A stretch of DNA of 64,000 nt from Acidobacteriota bacterium. Its GTDB lineage: Bacteria > Acidobacteriota > Polarisedimenticolia > Polarisedimenticolales > DASRJG01. Location: the NCBI GenBank assembly GCA_032124015.1, contig JAQBEH010000114.1, forward strand, positions 936 through 64,935. The letters are read 5' to 3'. The translations under genes were made by a program, and so were the position numbers. Positions within the stretch are counted from its first letter, which is position 1. The number at the start of each line of letters is the position of its first letter. Below, in pieces: positions 26,823 through 40,347 of the stretch. The notes under the pieces are model-generated. The model made no database searches. It saw nothing but the letters and a program-made list of their open reading frames with translations, and had not been told where the DNA came from.

Positions 26823-26826
<4 letters not shown>
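25744..26826 (+). CDS. RND efflux periplasmic adaptor (HlyD/MFP family)
   Basis: AAGGAG RBS, lipoprotein-like N-terminus (LSLSC), and biotinyl-lipoyl-like and beta-barrel segments. Confidence 0.85.
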
Positions 26827-29933
<3,107 letters not shown>

Positions 29934-30440
29934 TCTTGTTGGATTCCATCCACGCGTCCATCACCTCGTGCAGGCGCTCGGATCGGAATGCGAACCACCG
30001 GGCGCGCACGTCGGCGTGTTGTCGCAACTCGTCCTTGAACTTCTGGGGCGGGCCCATGGCGACGAGGTCGGCGAGGGTCTCTTTAAGTTCCGGATCCATC
30101 GCGTCGCCCTCGATGAACTCGTCCATCCAGTCGATCTCGTCGTCGTCGGTGAACGAGACGACGTAAAGGCGCGTCGTCTCGTCGCGCGGCTGGGCTTCTT
30201 CAGGGACGGCGTCGTCCATTTCGGCGTCTTCGTCGAAATGAGCGTCTTCGCCCTCACCTTCGAGGATGACCTGCCCGGTGACGAGATCGACATAGTAGGT
30301 GAGGTCCTCGTTCCGGTTTTCGAACGCGGCCTCGAGTTCGTCCCAATCGATTTGGAGTGGCTTATGCTTCATGCCGCACGGAATGTAACGCCGTCCCCCT
30401 AAGAGAATCAAGCCGGATACAATCCCCGCCGGAGGAGCAC

Positions 30441-31121
30441 ATGGTCGGTTTCGACGATTTGTACCGGCAGGGCGGCGCGGTGACGTGGCAGGCCGGGAAA
30501 GAAGACGTGGTCCACCAGGTGGTCGAACTCCTGATGGGGCTCGGGCCGAGCGGCCGGGTCCTCGACTTCGGGTGCGGCACCGGATGGACGGCCCCGATCT
30601 TGACCGCGAGCGGCGCCCGGTACCTGGGGGTCGATCCGTCCGCCGAGGGGATCGCGCAGGCCGGGAGGCGTTCCCAAGGGGTCCCGCGGACGCGCTTCCA
30701 CCGCATCGAGATGGGCCAGTCGCTCACGGACGCGCTCCATGGGGCGAAATTCACCCATGTTTTCGCTCTGGACGCGCTGTACTTCGTGCCGAACCTCGAA
30801 TCGACCCTCCAGGCGCTCAGCGACGCGTTGGAGCCCGAGGGGATGCTCTGTTCGATCGCCCATCTCTACCGCGAGAGCCGGGTGGCCGACAGTCTGATCG
30901 ACGACGTCACGAGGGAACACGGCTACCCGCAATTCCTCTCGGGGGTGCAGTGGCAACTGTTACTGGCCCGGTCGGGTTTCAGGGACGTGAGGCGCTACCG
31001 TTTCTACGACCGGCGCCCGTTCAACCCCGCCGCATTCCTCGGGCAACCGCCCGCTGCCATCGCGCTGGCCCGGGAACTCTACGAGCGCGAGGGCGCCCTC
31101 GTTGTGACGGCACGGAAATAG
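30441..31121 (+). CDS. class I SAM-dependent methyltransferase
   Basis: VLDFGCGTG motif I. ATG 30441 chosen. Confidence 0.75.
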   Translation: MVGFDDLYRQGGAVTWQAGKEDVVHQVVELLMGLGPSGRVLDFGCGTGWTAPILTASGARYLGVDPSAEGIAQAGRRSQGVPRTRFHRIEMGQSLTDALHGAKFTHVFALDALYFVPNLESTLQALSDALEPEGMLCSIAHLYRESRVADSLIDDVTREHGYPQFLSGVQWQLLLARSGFRDVRRYRFYDRRPFNPAAFLGQPPAAIALARELYEREGALVVTARK

Positions 31122-31140
31122 GGGACACTCCCCCATTTCC
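31116..31140. repeat. REP-like palindromic element (GGGGACAC family)
   Basis: GAAATAGGGGACACTCCCCCATTTC, imperfect hairpin. Supplies the TAG of the methyltransferase gene and sits 1 nt from the alr stop. Confidence 0.6.
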
Positions 31141-31141
31141 G

Positions 31142-32290
31142 CTACACCACCACTCGCGGCAAACTGGGGTGGATCCGCGCGACGATTTCGTAGGCGATGG
31201 TCCCGCGCCAGGCGGCGAGTTGCCCGGCGGTGATGCGCTCGTCCCCCTGCCGGCCGAGAAGCGTCACCTCGTCTTCGAGACCGGCTCCGGGGATGTCGGT
31301 GACGTCAACCATGCACATGTTCATGCAAACGCGCCCTCGCACGGGGGCGCGCTTCCCGCGAACGAGCACGTGCGCGAGCCCTGACAGCTCGCGATCGTAA
31401 CCCTCGTAGTAGCCGACCGGGAGCACCGCGATTCTCGTCGTCCGCGTCGCGCGCCACGCGCATCCATAGCCGACGTACTCCCCTTCGGGAACCTGCTTCA
31501 CCTGCGCGATGCGGGTCTTCCAGGCCATGACGGGTTTGAGGTCGAGTGAGGGTTTCCCTCGCTCCAGGCAGGAGACGTAGGTCTCTTTCGAGGGCCATAG
31601 GCCGTAGAGCGAGATGCCGACGCGAACCAGGTCGAGGTGCGTCCGGTTGAACAGGAGCGCCGCAGCGGAACAGGCGTTGTGGCGGAGAAACGGCACCGGA
31701 TGAAGCGTCGCGATCACATCGGCGACGCGGGAGAACACCGCCATTTGGGACGTCGCGTAATCGTAGCTGGTCGTGTCTTCGATATTCGCGAAATGGGTCG
31801 TGACCCCTGCGAGCGTGAGGGCGCGGGCGCCGCGCAGGCGCGCAACGAACTCCGGGACGTCGCGCTCCAAGATCCCTTGGCGATGCGTCCCGGTTTCGAT
31901 CTTCATGTGAACGCCTACGTTCGACCCACGCGACGAGGCGATCGCGTCCAGCCGCTCGAGCGTCTCGAGGTTGTAGACGATCGGCTGGAGCGTGTTGTCG
32001 ACGACCTCGTCCAACCCGTCGAGCGGGACGTACCCCATCACGAGGATCGGAAGCGTGAGACCCGCTTCCCTCAGCGCGACCCCTTCGTCGACGTTATTGA
32101 CGCACAGCCAATCGGCCGAAGCGTCCGCCGCGACCCGCGCGACCTCGATCATCCCGTGGCCGTATGCGTTCGACTTGACGACGGCACCGAAACGGGGCCC
32201 CTGCCCAAGGCGCCGCTTGAACTCGGCGACGTTGTTCCGCAGCGCGCCCGCGTCGATCTCGACCCAGTTGAGCACGTGCGCTCCTACCAA
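31142..32290 (-). CDS. alr: alanine racemase
   Basis: AVVKSNAYGHG PLP-Lys motif, full length. Start is TTG 32290 or GTG 32275 (the latter follows GGAGC). Confidence 0.9.
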   Translation of the reverse strand: MVGAHVLNWVEIDAGALRNNVAEFKRRLGQGPRFGAVVKSNAYGHGMIEVARVAADASADWLCVNNVDEGVALREAGLTLPILVMGYVPLDGLDEVVDNTLQPIVYNLETLERLDAIASSRGSNVGVHMKIETGTHRQGILERDVPEFVARLRGARALTLAGVTTHFANIEDTTSYDYATSQMAVFSRVADVIATLHPVPFLRHNACSAAALLFNRTHLDLVRVGISLYGLWPSKETYVSCLERGKPSLDLKPVMAWKTRIAQVKQVPEGEYVGYGCAWRATRTTRIAVLPVGYYEGYDRELSGLAHVLVRGKRAPVRGRVCMNMCMVDVTDIPGAGLEDEVTLLGRQGDERITAGQLAAWRGTIAYEIVARIHPSLPRVVV

Positions 32291-33387
32291 AGGACGTACG
32301 CGCCGTCGCGGATCACCGCGATCCGGCGGCCCGAGGCTTGGACGAGCTCGGCGCTGGCGACCGAGATCGGGCTTCCCTTCGCGTAGACGATGTCCTGGTG
32401 CACGACGTGCGAGGGGGAGCGGAACTCCGCCAGGCCGACCTTGCCGCCAAGGTGGTCGCTCCGGCCGTAGGCCCAGTGGAAGCCGGCCTTTTCGTCCTCG
32501 AGAACGTTGCCGGTGACCTTAGCGTCGTCGTTACACCCGAAAGCCACCTCGGCGACGTTGCCACGCACCGGGTCCGCCCGAAAGAAGCTCCGGTAGCGTT
32601 CGGCCACGGTGCCGCCTCCGATCACCTCCACGATGCGGTTGGCTTCGACACGGAAGACGACCGTTTGCCCGTCCTCGTGGACGGGAAGCTCACCCTGCGT
32701 CCGCGATGGATCGCCCTCGATCTCACCCTCGTAGGGCACCTCGAAGGTCTCGCCGCTCGGCAGGTTGATCACCGGGATGTCGTCGTTCTTGTCGCGGTGC
32801 AGATAGCCGTCGTCGGCCTCGCAGACGCGGTGCCTGAGATCGAAGAGGCAGCGGTGGCCGGTCGAGAACAGGACCTCGGCGCGATCCGCTTCGAGGAACG
32901 CATCTTTCAAGATACGGCAGCGCCGCGCCACCTCGCGGTAGTCGGCCGCCAGGGAGGTCTCTTCCATCCACTTCTGAACTCCGGGCATGCTCGCCGCACG
33001 GAACACCTCGGCGCCCGGACGGCGCTTGCAGAGGTCGCACAGCGCCGCGGTCATGGAGAACTCCGTCAGAGCGAGCAGGAGGCTCGTTCCGTCGAGAACC
33101 GCGGCCATGGGGATCGTGCGTTCCGTCGCCTCGCCCTCTGAGGGGAAGTCGGCGCCGCTCCGGCCGGTCGCCGGGAAGCTGACGAGGGGCATCGTCTCGA
33201 AACCGATCTTGGCTCCGAGACGCGCCAGGCCCTCGCGCCACGTCGCGGCCATCGCGCGGCGCTCCCGCCACGCGTGGTTGTCGGGTACGCCCGGAATCGG
33301 CCTGTCCACGACGACCGCGACGCGCTCCCCGGCCACCGGATCGAAGACGTCGATCAGAAACTTCTCGAGATCGAAGGATGGGCTCAT
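32284..33387 (-). CDS. M29 (aminopeptidase T)-like protein
   Basis: C-terminal EVAFGCN....VTGNVLEDEKAGFHWAYG resembles the M29 metal-site motif (G.N....TG..L.DEK..G..H.A.G). ATG 33387; the upstream part of track ORF 32284..34347 is antisense to rfbB. Confidence 0.55.
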   Translation of the reverse strand: MSPSFDLEKFLIDVFDPVAGERVAVVVDRPIPGVPDNHAWRERRAMAATWREGLARLGAKIGFETMPLVSFPATGRSGADFPSEGEATERTIPMAAVLDGTSLLLALTEFSMTAALCDLCKRRPGAEVFRAASMPGVQKWMEETSLAADYREVARRCRILKDAFLEADRAEVLFSTGHRCLFDLRHRVCEADDGYLHRDKNDDIPVINLPSGETFEVPYEGEIEGDPSRTQGELPVHEDGQTVVFRVEANRIVEVIGGGTVAERYRSFFRADPVRGNVAEVAFGCNDDAKVTGNVLEDEKAGFHWAYGRSDHLGGKVGLAEFRSPSHVVHQDIVYAKGSPISVASAELVQASGRRIAVIRDGAYVLW

Positions 33388-33441
33388 GTGAACCTCGGGT
33401 TGGCAGGGGCAGTCTATAATGCTGCGTCTCAGGGGGCTCGT

Positions 33442-34542
33442 ATGGAATGCTGGTTGATCACTGGCGGCGCCGGCTTCATCGGATGCAACTTCGTGCGCCT
33501 CGTTCTTAGCGAAACCAACGCAAAGGTGGTCATCCTCGACAAGTTGACTTACGCCGGCAGCCTCGACAGCCTCGGCGAGGTGTTGGCGGACGCACGCGTG
33601 ACGTTTATCGCCGGGGACATCGCCGATGCTGCCGCCGTCGAGGCCATTTTCCTCGATCACCGCCCCACCGCGGTCGTGAACTTCGCCGCGGAGAGCCACG
33701 TGGACCGCTCCATCGACGGCCCGCGCAACTTCGTGACCACCAACACCGTCGGCGCCTTCGAGCTGCTCGACGCCGCGCGCCGCTTCGTCGCGACCCTGAG
33801 TGCCCCGGCCGCAAGCGCGTTCCGCTTCCTTCAGGTCTCGACCGACGAGGTTTACGGCGCGCTCGGCGCCGCCGGGTCGTTCGTGGAGACGACACCGTAC
33901 GCTCCCAACTCGCCCTACGCCGCGTCGAAAGCGGGCGCCGACCATCTCGCGCGGGCCTACTACGAGACCTTCGGACTGCCGACGCTGATCACCAACTGCA
34001 GCAACAACTACGGGCCGTACCAGTTTCCGGAAAAACTGATCCCTTTGACGATTCTGAACGCCGTCGAGGGGAGGCCGCTCCCGATCTACGGCGACGGCCT
34101 CTACATCCGCGATTGGCTCCATGTGGAAGACCACGGGCGAGCGCTTCTCGCCGTCCTGAAGCGGGGGCGCCCCGGCCAGACGTACAACATCGGCGGAGAC
34201 AACGAGCTCACCAATCTCGCTCTGGTCGATCGCATCTGCGCCTCGATCGAGTCGCTCATGCCGGCAAGCGAGAACGACGCGATGCGCCGCGCAGGCAAGG
34301 CGGCCTATCGCGAGCTTTGCGTGCACGTCCCCGATCGCCTCGGCCACGATCGCCGGTACGCCATCAACGCGTCGAAGATCAAGGCCGAGCTGGGTTGGGC
34401 GCCGTCCATCCGATTCGAAACGGGCCTGGGCGAAACGGTACGCTGGTATCTCGAAAACCGCGCCTGGGCCGACGCCGTGCAGCTCAAGGCGCGATACGAG
34501 CGCGAGCGACTCGGCATCGGCGCCAACCGGAGCAAAGCATGA
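33442..34542 (+). CDS. rfbB: dTDP-glucose 4,6-dehydratase
   Basis: [19 protein letters not shown] and [11 protein letters not shown] (YxxxK). Confidence 0.9.
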   Translation: MECWLITGGAGFIGCNFVRLVLSETNAKVVILDKLTYAGSLDSLGEVLADARVTFIAGDIADAAAVEAIFLDHRPTAVVNFAAESHVDRSIDGPRNFVTTNTVGAFELLDAARRFVATLSAPAASAFRFLQVSTDEVYGALGAAGSFVETTPYAPNSPYAASKAGADHLARAYYETFGLPTLITNCSNNYGPYQFPEKLIPLTILNAVEGRPLPIYGDGLYIRDWLHVEDHGRALLAVLKRGRPGQTYNIGGDNELTNLALVDRICASIESLMPASENDAMRRAGKAAYRELCVHVPDRLGHDRRYAINASKIKAELGWAPSIRFETGLGETVRWYLENRAWADAVQLKARYERERLGIGANRSKA

Positions 34543-35414
34543 AGGGGATCGTCCTTGCCGGCGGGGCGGGCACGCGCCTTCACCCGGTCACGCGCGCGGT
34601 GAGCAAGCAGCTCCTCCCCGTGTACGACAAGCCGATGGTGTACTACCCGCTGTCGGCGCTCATGATCGCGGGAATCAGGGACATCCTCATCATCACGACG
34701 CCCGAGGACCGGCCGGCGTTCGAGCGACTGCTCGAGGACGGCTCCTGGCTCGGGATCCGGATCGCCTATGCAGAACAAGTGCGACCCGAAGGGCTCGCCC
34801 AGGCGTTTCTGATCGGGCGGGAGTTCGTCGGAACCGAGCGTGTCGCCTTGGCCCTCGGCGACAACATCTTCTACGGGCAGGGATTCGCGAGCCTGTTGCA
34901 GCGCGCCGAAGCCAGGACGTCCGGAGCGACGGTGTTCGCTTACCGCGTGCGCGATCCGGAGCGCTACGGTGTCGTCACATTCGCCGCATCGGGGCGCGCG
35001 ATTGCGATCGAGGAAAAGCCCTCCGCTCCACGGTCCGACTACGCCGTCACCGGTCTCTACTTCTACGACAATCGGGTGCTCGACATCGCGGCGTCCCTGA
35101 AACCCTCGCGTCGGGGCGAGCTCGAGATCACCGACGTCAACCTGGCCTACCTGCACCTGGGCGAGCTTCACGTCGAGGTCCTGACGCGCGGTTTCGCATG
35201 GCTGGACACCGGAACGCACGATTCGCTCCTCCAAGCGTCGAATTTCATCCAGACGCTCCAGGAACGGCAGGGATTGCGGGTCGCGTGCCTCGAGGAGATC
35301 GCCTACAAGATGGGGTTCCTCGATCGAGCCGCCGTGTCTCGCCTCGCGGACGGGTTGGGAAAGAGCAGCTACGCCGACTACCTGCGCCGCGTGCTCGACG
35401 AGGACGGCGCCTGA
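34539..35414 (+). CDS. rfbA: glucose-1-phosphate thymidylyltransferase
   Basis: [35 protein letters not shown] overlap with rfbB. Confidence 0.9.
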   Translation: MKGIVLAGGAGTRLHPVTRAVSKQLLPVYDKPMVYYPLSALMIAGIRDILIITTPEDRPAFERLLEDGSWLGIRIAYAEQVRPEGLAQAFLIGREFVGTERVALALGDNIFYGQGFASLLQRAEARTSGATVFAYRVRDPERYGVVTFAASGRAIAIEEKPSAPRSDYAVTGLYFYDNRVLDIAASLKPSRRGELEITDVNLAYLHLGELHVEVLTRGFAWLDTGTHDSLLQASNFIQTLQERQGLRVACLEEIAYKMGFLDRAAVSRLADGLGKSSYADYLRRVLDEDGA

Positions 35415-36295
35415 TACCCCGCAACGGAGCACTCGCGACCGTTTTCATACTCCTCACGATCGTATGGGGAACGACCTGGGCGGCCATTCGGGTCGGCCTC
35501 GCCGGCATGCCGCCGTTCACCAGCGTCGCGCTCCGTTTCGCAATCGCGACCACGATCCTCCTCGTGATCGCCAAGGCAATGAAGGTCCGTCTGGGGGCGG
35601 AGCCCCACGAGAAGATGCTCTGGCTGGTCAATGGGGCGCTCTTCTTTTCGGTTTCGTATGGCGTCGTCTACTGGAGCGAGCAGTACGTTCCGTCGGGGCT
35701 GGCGGCGATCCTCTTCGCGACGTTTCCGATCTTGGTCACGCTCTTCGCCCATCTGTTTCTCCCGGGTGAGCCCCTGCGCTTCCGTTTCGGGCTGGGCGCC
35801 GTCGTCGCTTTTTGCGGAGTCGTCGTCATCTTCTCGGAAGACCTCGCAAAGATCGGCGGACCCAAGACGAAGATCGCGGCGGCGGTGCTACTGGTGTCGC
35901 CGGTGGTTTCGGCGCTTTCCAGCGTGAGCATCAAGAAGTGGGGGGCGAAGATCCATCCGATCTCCCTCGCCGCCATGCCGATGGCGGTCGCGACCGTCGT
36001 GATGACGGCGATGGCCCTGATCTTCGAACGCCACCGCCCGATCGTCTGGACGCCGGCCACGATCGGCGCACTGGCCTACCTCGCCGTCTTCGGTTCTGCG
36101 ATGACGTTCACGCTGTACTACTGGCTGTTACGGCACGTTCGCGCCAGTCGCGTCGCGTTGATCGCCTACGCGACACCGATCATCGCCGTCGCCACGGGCG
36201 TGCTCTTCCTGAACGAACCCCTGACCGTGCGCATGATGCTCGGAGGCGTGCTCGTGATCGCCGGCGTCGCCTTCACGGCGAAATCGCGCTACTGA
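35411..36295 (+). CDS. EamA/DMT-family transporter (start uncertain)
   Basis: Ten TM with duplicated EamA pattern ([15 protein letters not shown] ...). No ATG/GTG/TTG between the rfbA stop and TM1; CTG 35411 is the nearest candidate. Confidence 0.7.
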   Translation: MIPRNGALATVFILLTIVWGTTWAAIRVGLAGMPPFTSVALRFAIATTILLVIAKAMKVRLGAEPHEKMLWLVNGALFFSVSYGVVYWSEQYVPSGLAAILFATFPILVTLFAHLFLPGEPLRFRFGLGAVVAFCGVVVIFSEDLAKIGGPKTKIAAAVLLVSPVVSALSSVSIKKWGAKIHPISLAAMPMAVATVVMTAMALIFERHRPIVWTPATIGALAYLAVFGSAMTFTLYYWLLRHVRASRVALIAYATPIIAVATGVLFLNEPLTVRMMLGGVLVIAGVAFTAKSRY

Positions 36296-36681
36296 ATCTC
36301 GTCGGGCCCCGGCACGACACTTTGATCGCTCTCTCCGGGGACGAGGTAGAACTTCGGGGAGGGCGCGGCTGTTCGTTCGCGCATCCCCCGCAGGCGAGAG
36401 AGATGATCCTGGAAGACCTCGCCCAACTCCGCGATGTTGGTGTGAAGTCGCACCAACGATTCCCTGGCTTCGCCGAGGCGTTCTTTGATCGCCGAGTGGC
36501 GATGGAACGCTTCTCTCAAGGCCGCGGTGTAAGGCTCGGAACTGTCTTCGAGGTCGATGCCCCGGCCGAGAAACAGGGCGCGGACTTTCTCGACGAACGA
36601 CGGCGAGGCCCCCGTTTCCGACGCGAGCCTCACGATCGACTCCTCGAGCGTGACCTTGCGCGATCTCATGGCGTCTCGCAC
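36289..36681 (-). CDS. hypothetical protein (130 aa)
   Basis: Non-repetitive composition and good GC3 bias, unlike the overlapping Arg-rich shadow ORFs. No domain recognised. Confidence 0.4.
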   Translation of the reverse strand: MRDAMRSRKVTLEESIVRLASETGASPSFVEKVRALFLGRGIDLEDSSEPYTAALREAFHRHSAIKERLGEARESLVRLHTNIAELGEVFQDHLSRLRGMRERTAAPSPKFYLVPGESDQSVVPGPDEIQ

Positions 36682-36845
36682 CGTTCTCCCCTCGACGCCC
36701 TTGATGTACGGCGAATCGCCCGCCCGTCAAGCCCCGCCGGCGCCATCTTGCGAATGTGAAACCCGGAAACCGCCGCCATGCGCTCTAATGCCGACACGGG
36801 GCCGCAGCCCTTCTTCGCCCAGGTTTTCATTTTGGTGCATTAACT

Positions 36846-36874
36846 TTGCGTTGCAAAGTAATTTGCAGTATGTT
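36846..36874 (+). promoter_or_regulatory. sigma-70-like promoter with embedded TGCAAA-N4-TTTGCA palindrome
   Basis: TTGCGT-17 nt-TATGTT in an AT-rich patch. GGAGGA and ATG 36908 follow. Confidence 0.4.
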
Positions 36875-36907
36875 CTCCCACGGCCGAACAGACCTGGAGG
36901 ACATCCG

Positions 36908-37576
36908 ATGATCGCCAGCCCAAAAACCGCGCGCCTCGCCATCCCCCTCCTGCTCGTTGGCGCTCTTACGGGGTGCTTCTTCTCGGGCCGGAACACTCCA
37001 CTGGCCCGCGCCGCAGGTTCAGGAGACCTCGCCGCGATGACAAAGCTGCTCGACCACGGCGCGGACCCCAACGCCTCCGGTGGACACGGGATGACCCCAC
37101 TGGCTTCCGCCGCCCGGAACGGCCGGGTGGAAGCGATCGAGTTGCTCTTGGCCCGTGGTGCCGACCCTCACCGTGGCTGCGGAGTCAACGGTTGGACGCC
37201 GCTTCTGCACGCCTTGCACAAGAATCAACTGGCGGCGGCGGAGCGCCTGATCGCCACGTGCAACCCTCCATCGGCCGAGCTGGACAGCGCCCTGTTCATG
37301 GCCGCGGGTTACGCGCAGACCGAGGCGGTCGCTGCGTTGCTGAAGCGCGGCGCGGACCCGCTCAAAGATTTTGGCAACGGGGCGAACGCGCTTTCAAACG
37401 CCGTCTCCGGCGCGTTCGATATCGACTTCAGCTACCAAGGGTGCGCGACTCACACCGCGACGGTGCGCGCTCTTCTGGCCGTTCCCGACGTGAAGCTCCA
37501 GGGCTCCGCAGGGTCGTCCTCGCTTCGCTCCGCCGAGCGTCGCGGCTGCACGGAGATGGTGACGCTGCTGAACTAG
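36908..37576 (+). CDS. ankyrin-repeat lipoprotein
   Basis: Lipobox LTGC. Repeats G.TPL..AA..G..E.IELLL.RGADP. Confidence 0.8.
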   Translation: MIASPKTARLAIPLLLVGALTGCFFSGRNTPLARAAGSGDLAAMTKLLDHGADPNASGGHGMTPLASAARNGRVEAIELLLARGADPHRGCGVNGWTPLLHALHKNQLAAAERLIATCNPPSAELDSALFMAAGYAQTEAVAALLKRGADPLKDFGNGANALSNAVSGAFDIDFSYQGCATHTATVRALLAVPDVKLQGSAGSSSLRSAERRGCTEMVTLLN

Positions 37577-37588
37577 GGCCGGGTCTTG

Positions 37589-37619
37589 TAGAGAATGGGG
37601 TCAGGTCTCCCATTCTCTA
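37589..37619. repeat. REP-like hairpin at a convergent junction
   Basis: TAGAGAATGGG-GTCAGGTCT-CCCATTCTCTA. The right arm contains the M23 gene stop codon. Confidence 0.6.
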
Positions 37620-39023
37620 GTTCCTCGGAAAAGCGCCGCCGAGCTTGCGTTCGATGCGATCGGTGAGCCAGTGCGCGTCCCACCATTCGACGGGGTTCAC
37701 CGGCAAGCCTTGGAGCAAGATCGCGAAGTGCAGATGGTCGCCTCCTGCGAGCCCCGTGTCGCCGGTGCGGCCGAGGGTCTGGCCGCGGGTCACCGTCTGC
37801 CCTTCTTTCACGTCGATCGCCGAGAGATGGCCGTAGAGCGACATCAATCCGTAGCCATGATCGATGACGACAGCATTCCCGTAGATGCCGAAGAACCGGG
37901 CGAGAACGACGACGCCGTCGTTCGCCGCGGGAATCGGCGCGCGCGAGACGCCCGCCATGTCGAGGCCAAGGTGGTCCTGCTGGTCGACGGTGCCGCCGCG
38001 GTAGACGTAGCTCCGTCGATCGGCGAACTGCGCCATCACCTTCGTCGAGCCCATCGCCAGAAAGGGGCGGGTCCAGAGGAACCTCGGCTGCGAGCTCTGG
38101 GCGAGCGCGACGAGCTCCGCATCGTCGATTCTTCTCAGGTCGCGGTTGATCTGAAGGTAGTTCGCGAGGAGGTCTCCCTTGTCGGTCAGCTCGGGGGTCT
38201 GCGAGAGGATCGGCGGCACGACCTTGCTGAAGAACGCATCGCTGAGCGGGATCGTGTCGCGGTGCAACGGGCGCGGATAGAATTTGTCGATCATGGATGC
38301 CGAGGCGATGTTGCCCACGTCGTCCTCGGCGATCAACTTCACCTGCGAGACCTCGCCCAGATCGTAGGGCACCGCGAACAGGGCGAAGCGATCCTGCGGT
38401 CCGCCTCCCGGGAGCGGGAATCCGGGGAAGAACCACGCCCCCGCCTTGACCCCGTCCGTTACCGACGTCTCGCCGACGCGATAGACGACGGCTTCGCAGC
38501 CGCCCTGGCTGACGTAGGTGAACGACGACACGACGGCGAGCGAGGGCGGCGTCAGGCGCACGGGGAGAACGAGTTCCTCGACCTCGGGGTCCGGGTGCCG
38601 CAGCCAGCTTGGGGCGCGCGTCGCGGTCACGCGAATCGTTGCGGGGAGCTGCTTGAGGTTTTTCTGAACCTCCCTTCCGAGCTCGAACTTGATCGCGTCG
38701 CTGTCTGTCTTTCTCCCCCAAAACGCCCAGGCGCTCTCGGGGGTGTACGACTTGGCGACGAGCGTTTCCACTCGGTCGCCCTGCACGAACTCGACCTTGA
38801 CCCCGGTCAACCCACGGGTCGGCTCGGCGGCGGTCACCGTCACCGACGTGCGCGCGCCGATCGCCTTGGCCGAGGGCGCGATGGCGAGTTCAGGGGCCGG
38901 GCCGGCGCGAAAGGCCCCTCGCAGCACGAGGACGAATCCGGCCACGAGGAGGAGGACGAGCAGCACCTTCGGCATCAGCCCGCTTCCGGATCGACGCGCG
39001 CCGTAGGACGGGCGCCGGGTCAT
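37617..39023 (-). CDS. M23-family metallopeptidase with N-terminal membrane anchor
   Basis: HLGLDMA ... IDHGYGLMSLYGHLS ... GDTGLAGGDHLHF. Confidence 0.85.
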   Translation of the reverse strand: MTRRPSYGARRSGSGLMPKVLLVLLLVAGFVLVLRGAFRAGPAPELAIAPSAKAIGARTSVTVTAAEPTRGLTGVKVEFVQGDRVETLVAKSYTPESAWAFWGRKTDSDAIKFELGREVQKNLKQLPATIRVTATRAPSWLRHPDPEVEELVLPVRLTPPSLAVVSSFTYVSQGGCEAVVYRVGETSVTDGVKAGAWFFPGFPLPGGGPQDRFALFAVPYDLGEVSQVKLIAEDDVGNIASASMIDKFYPRPLHRDTIPLSDAFFSKVVPPILSQTPELTDKGDLLANYLQINRDLRRIDDAELVALAQSSQPRFLWTRPFLAMGSTKVMAQFADRRSYVYRGGTVDQQDHLGLDMAGVSRAPIPAANDGVVVLARFFGIYGNAVVIDHGYGLMSLYGHLSAIDVKEGQTVTRGQTLGRTGDTGLAGGDHLHFAILLQGLPVNPVEWWDAHWLTDRIERKLGGAFPRN

Positions 39024-39241
39024 CGCGACACTCCCGCGTCATTCAAGATCGACTCCATCATGGGTACGTAGAACCTCCAGTAAAACGCCGTCTCCCAGGG
39101 CGCCAGCTTGAGCCCTTCGACGAGATGGCGGACAGCGACGTGGCCGACGAAATCACCGGCAAAGTACCAGACCGCACCTCCGCGCGGCGGGGCATGGCGC
39201 GTCACCGCGAAGATGGGCCACGCCCAGAGCAGCGAGTTCAT
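39020..39241 (-). CDS. small Trp-rich hypothetical protein (73 aa)
   Basis: ATGA overlaps with purK upstream and the M23 gene downstream. High GC3. 5 Trp. Confidence 0.45.
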   Translation of the reverse strand: MNSLLWAWPIFAVTRHAPPRGGAVWYFAGDFVGHVAVRHLVEGLKLAPWETAFYWRFYVPMMESILNDAGVSR

Positions 39242-40347
39242 CGCAACAGTGTCGGCTCGGCGACGAGCGTCGCCACTTGTGCGAGGGCCGACCCGAGCGC
39301 CTCGCGTCCCGGCTCGACGAGAGTCACATGTCCCAACTTGCGTCCAGGTCGCGCGGGTTTCCCGTAAAGATGCAGGTGCGCGCCCTCGATGCCGAGAAGA
39401 GCCGAGGGGTCCGGCGTCTCGCCGATCAAGTTGACCATCGCCGACACGCCGATCGCGCGGGTGGCGCCTAAAGGAAGGCCGAGGATGGCGCGCAGGTGAT
39501 TCTCGAATTGGCTCGTCTTCGCGCCCTCGATCGTCCAGTGCCCGGAGTTGTGCACGCGCGGCGCCATCTCGTTGGCAAGCAGCCGACCCTCGTGCTGGAA
39601 CAACTCGATCGCAAGAACACCCACGTAATCGAGCGCTTCCAGCGTCTTCGCGGAGATGGCCGCTGCGGCGTCAGCGAGCGCGCCGCCCGCATCGAGCGCA
39701 GGGGCGATCGACCGCCGCAGGATCCCGTCGCGGTGAACGTTTTCGACGAGCGGCCAGTACGCCGTCTCGCCGGTGCGGCTGCGTGCGGCGAGGATCGACA
39801 GCTCGCGCTCGAACGGAACGAACCGTTCGAGGATCAAGGGACGTCCGCCGATCGCCGCAAATGCGGAATCGAGATCGGCGCCGCGGCGCAGCACGCGCTG
39901 TCCCTTGCCGTCATACCCCTGCATGCGGGTCTTGAGCACCGACGGGAAGCCGATCTCGGCGACGGCGCGGTCGAGATCGTCCCAGGTGTCGACCGTGGCG
40001 AATGTTGCCGTTTCGATGTCGAGGTCTCGAAAAAGGTTCTTCTCCTTCAGGCGGTCCTGTGCCACGTGGAGCGCGCCCGGCGGCGGAAAAACCGGGACGT
40101 GTAACGCGAGCTGCTCGGCGGCGGCAACCGGGACGTTTTCGAACTCGTAGGTAACGAGATCGACGGTGTTCGCGAACGCGTCGAGCGCGGCGTGATCGTC
40201 CCAGTTCGCGACGGTCAATGCGCCGAGGTGAGCCGCCGGTGATTCGGCGTTTTCGTCGTAAAACGCGAACCGCAACCCCAACGGATAGCCCGCCAAGGCC
40301 AGCATCCGTCCGAGCTGGCCCGCTCCCAGAACGCCGACGACCGTCAT
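39238..40347 (-). CDS. purK: N5-carboxyaminoimidazole ribonucleotide synthase
   Basis: ATP-grasp protein. [15 protein letters not shown]-terminus and PurK-length C-terminus. Confidence 0.9.
   Translation of the reverse strand: MTVVGVLGAGQLGRMLALAGYPLGLRFAFYDENAESPAAHLGALTVANWDDHAALDAFANTVDLVTYEFENVPVAAAEQLALHVPVFPPPGALHVAQDRLKEKNLFRDLDIETATFATVDTWDDLDRAVAEIGFPSVLKTRMQGYDGKGQRVLRRGADLDSAFAAIGGRPLILERFVPFERELSILAARSRTGETAYWPLVENVHRDGILRRSIAPALDAGGALADAAAAISAKTLEALDYVGVLAIELFQHEGRLLANEMAPRVHNSGHWTIEGAKTSQFENHLRAILGLPLGATRAIGVSAMVNLIGETPDPSALLGIEGAHLHLYGKPARPGRKLGHVTLVEPGREALGSALAQVATLVAEPTLLR

Noticed and set aside
33388-34347. N-terminal 320 codons of track ORF 32284..34347. Likewise the 5-prime extensions of 40878..43010, 43990..45009, 26697..29933, 34113..35414 and 36557..37576.
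   Set aside because: The extensions run antisense through, or overlap, bona fide neighbouring genes and are Arg-rich. Internal ATG starts with RBS or ATGA coupling give proteins of the normal family length.
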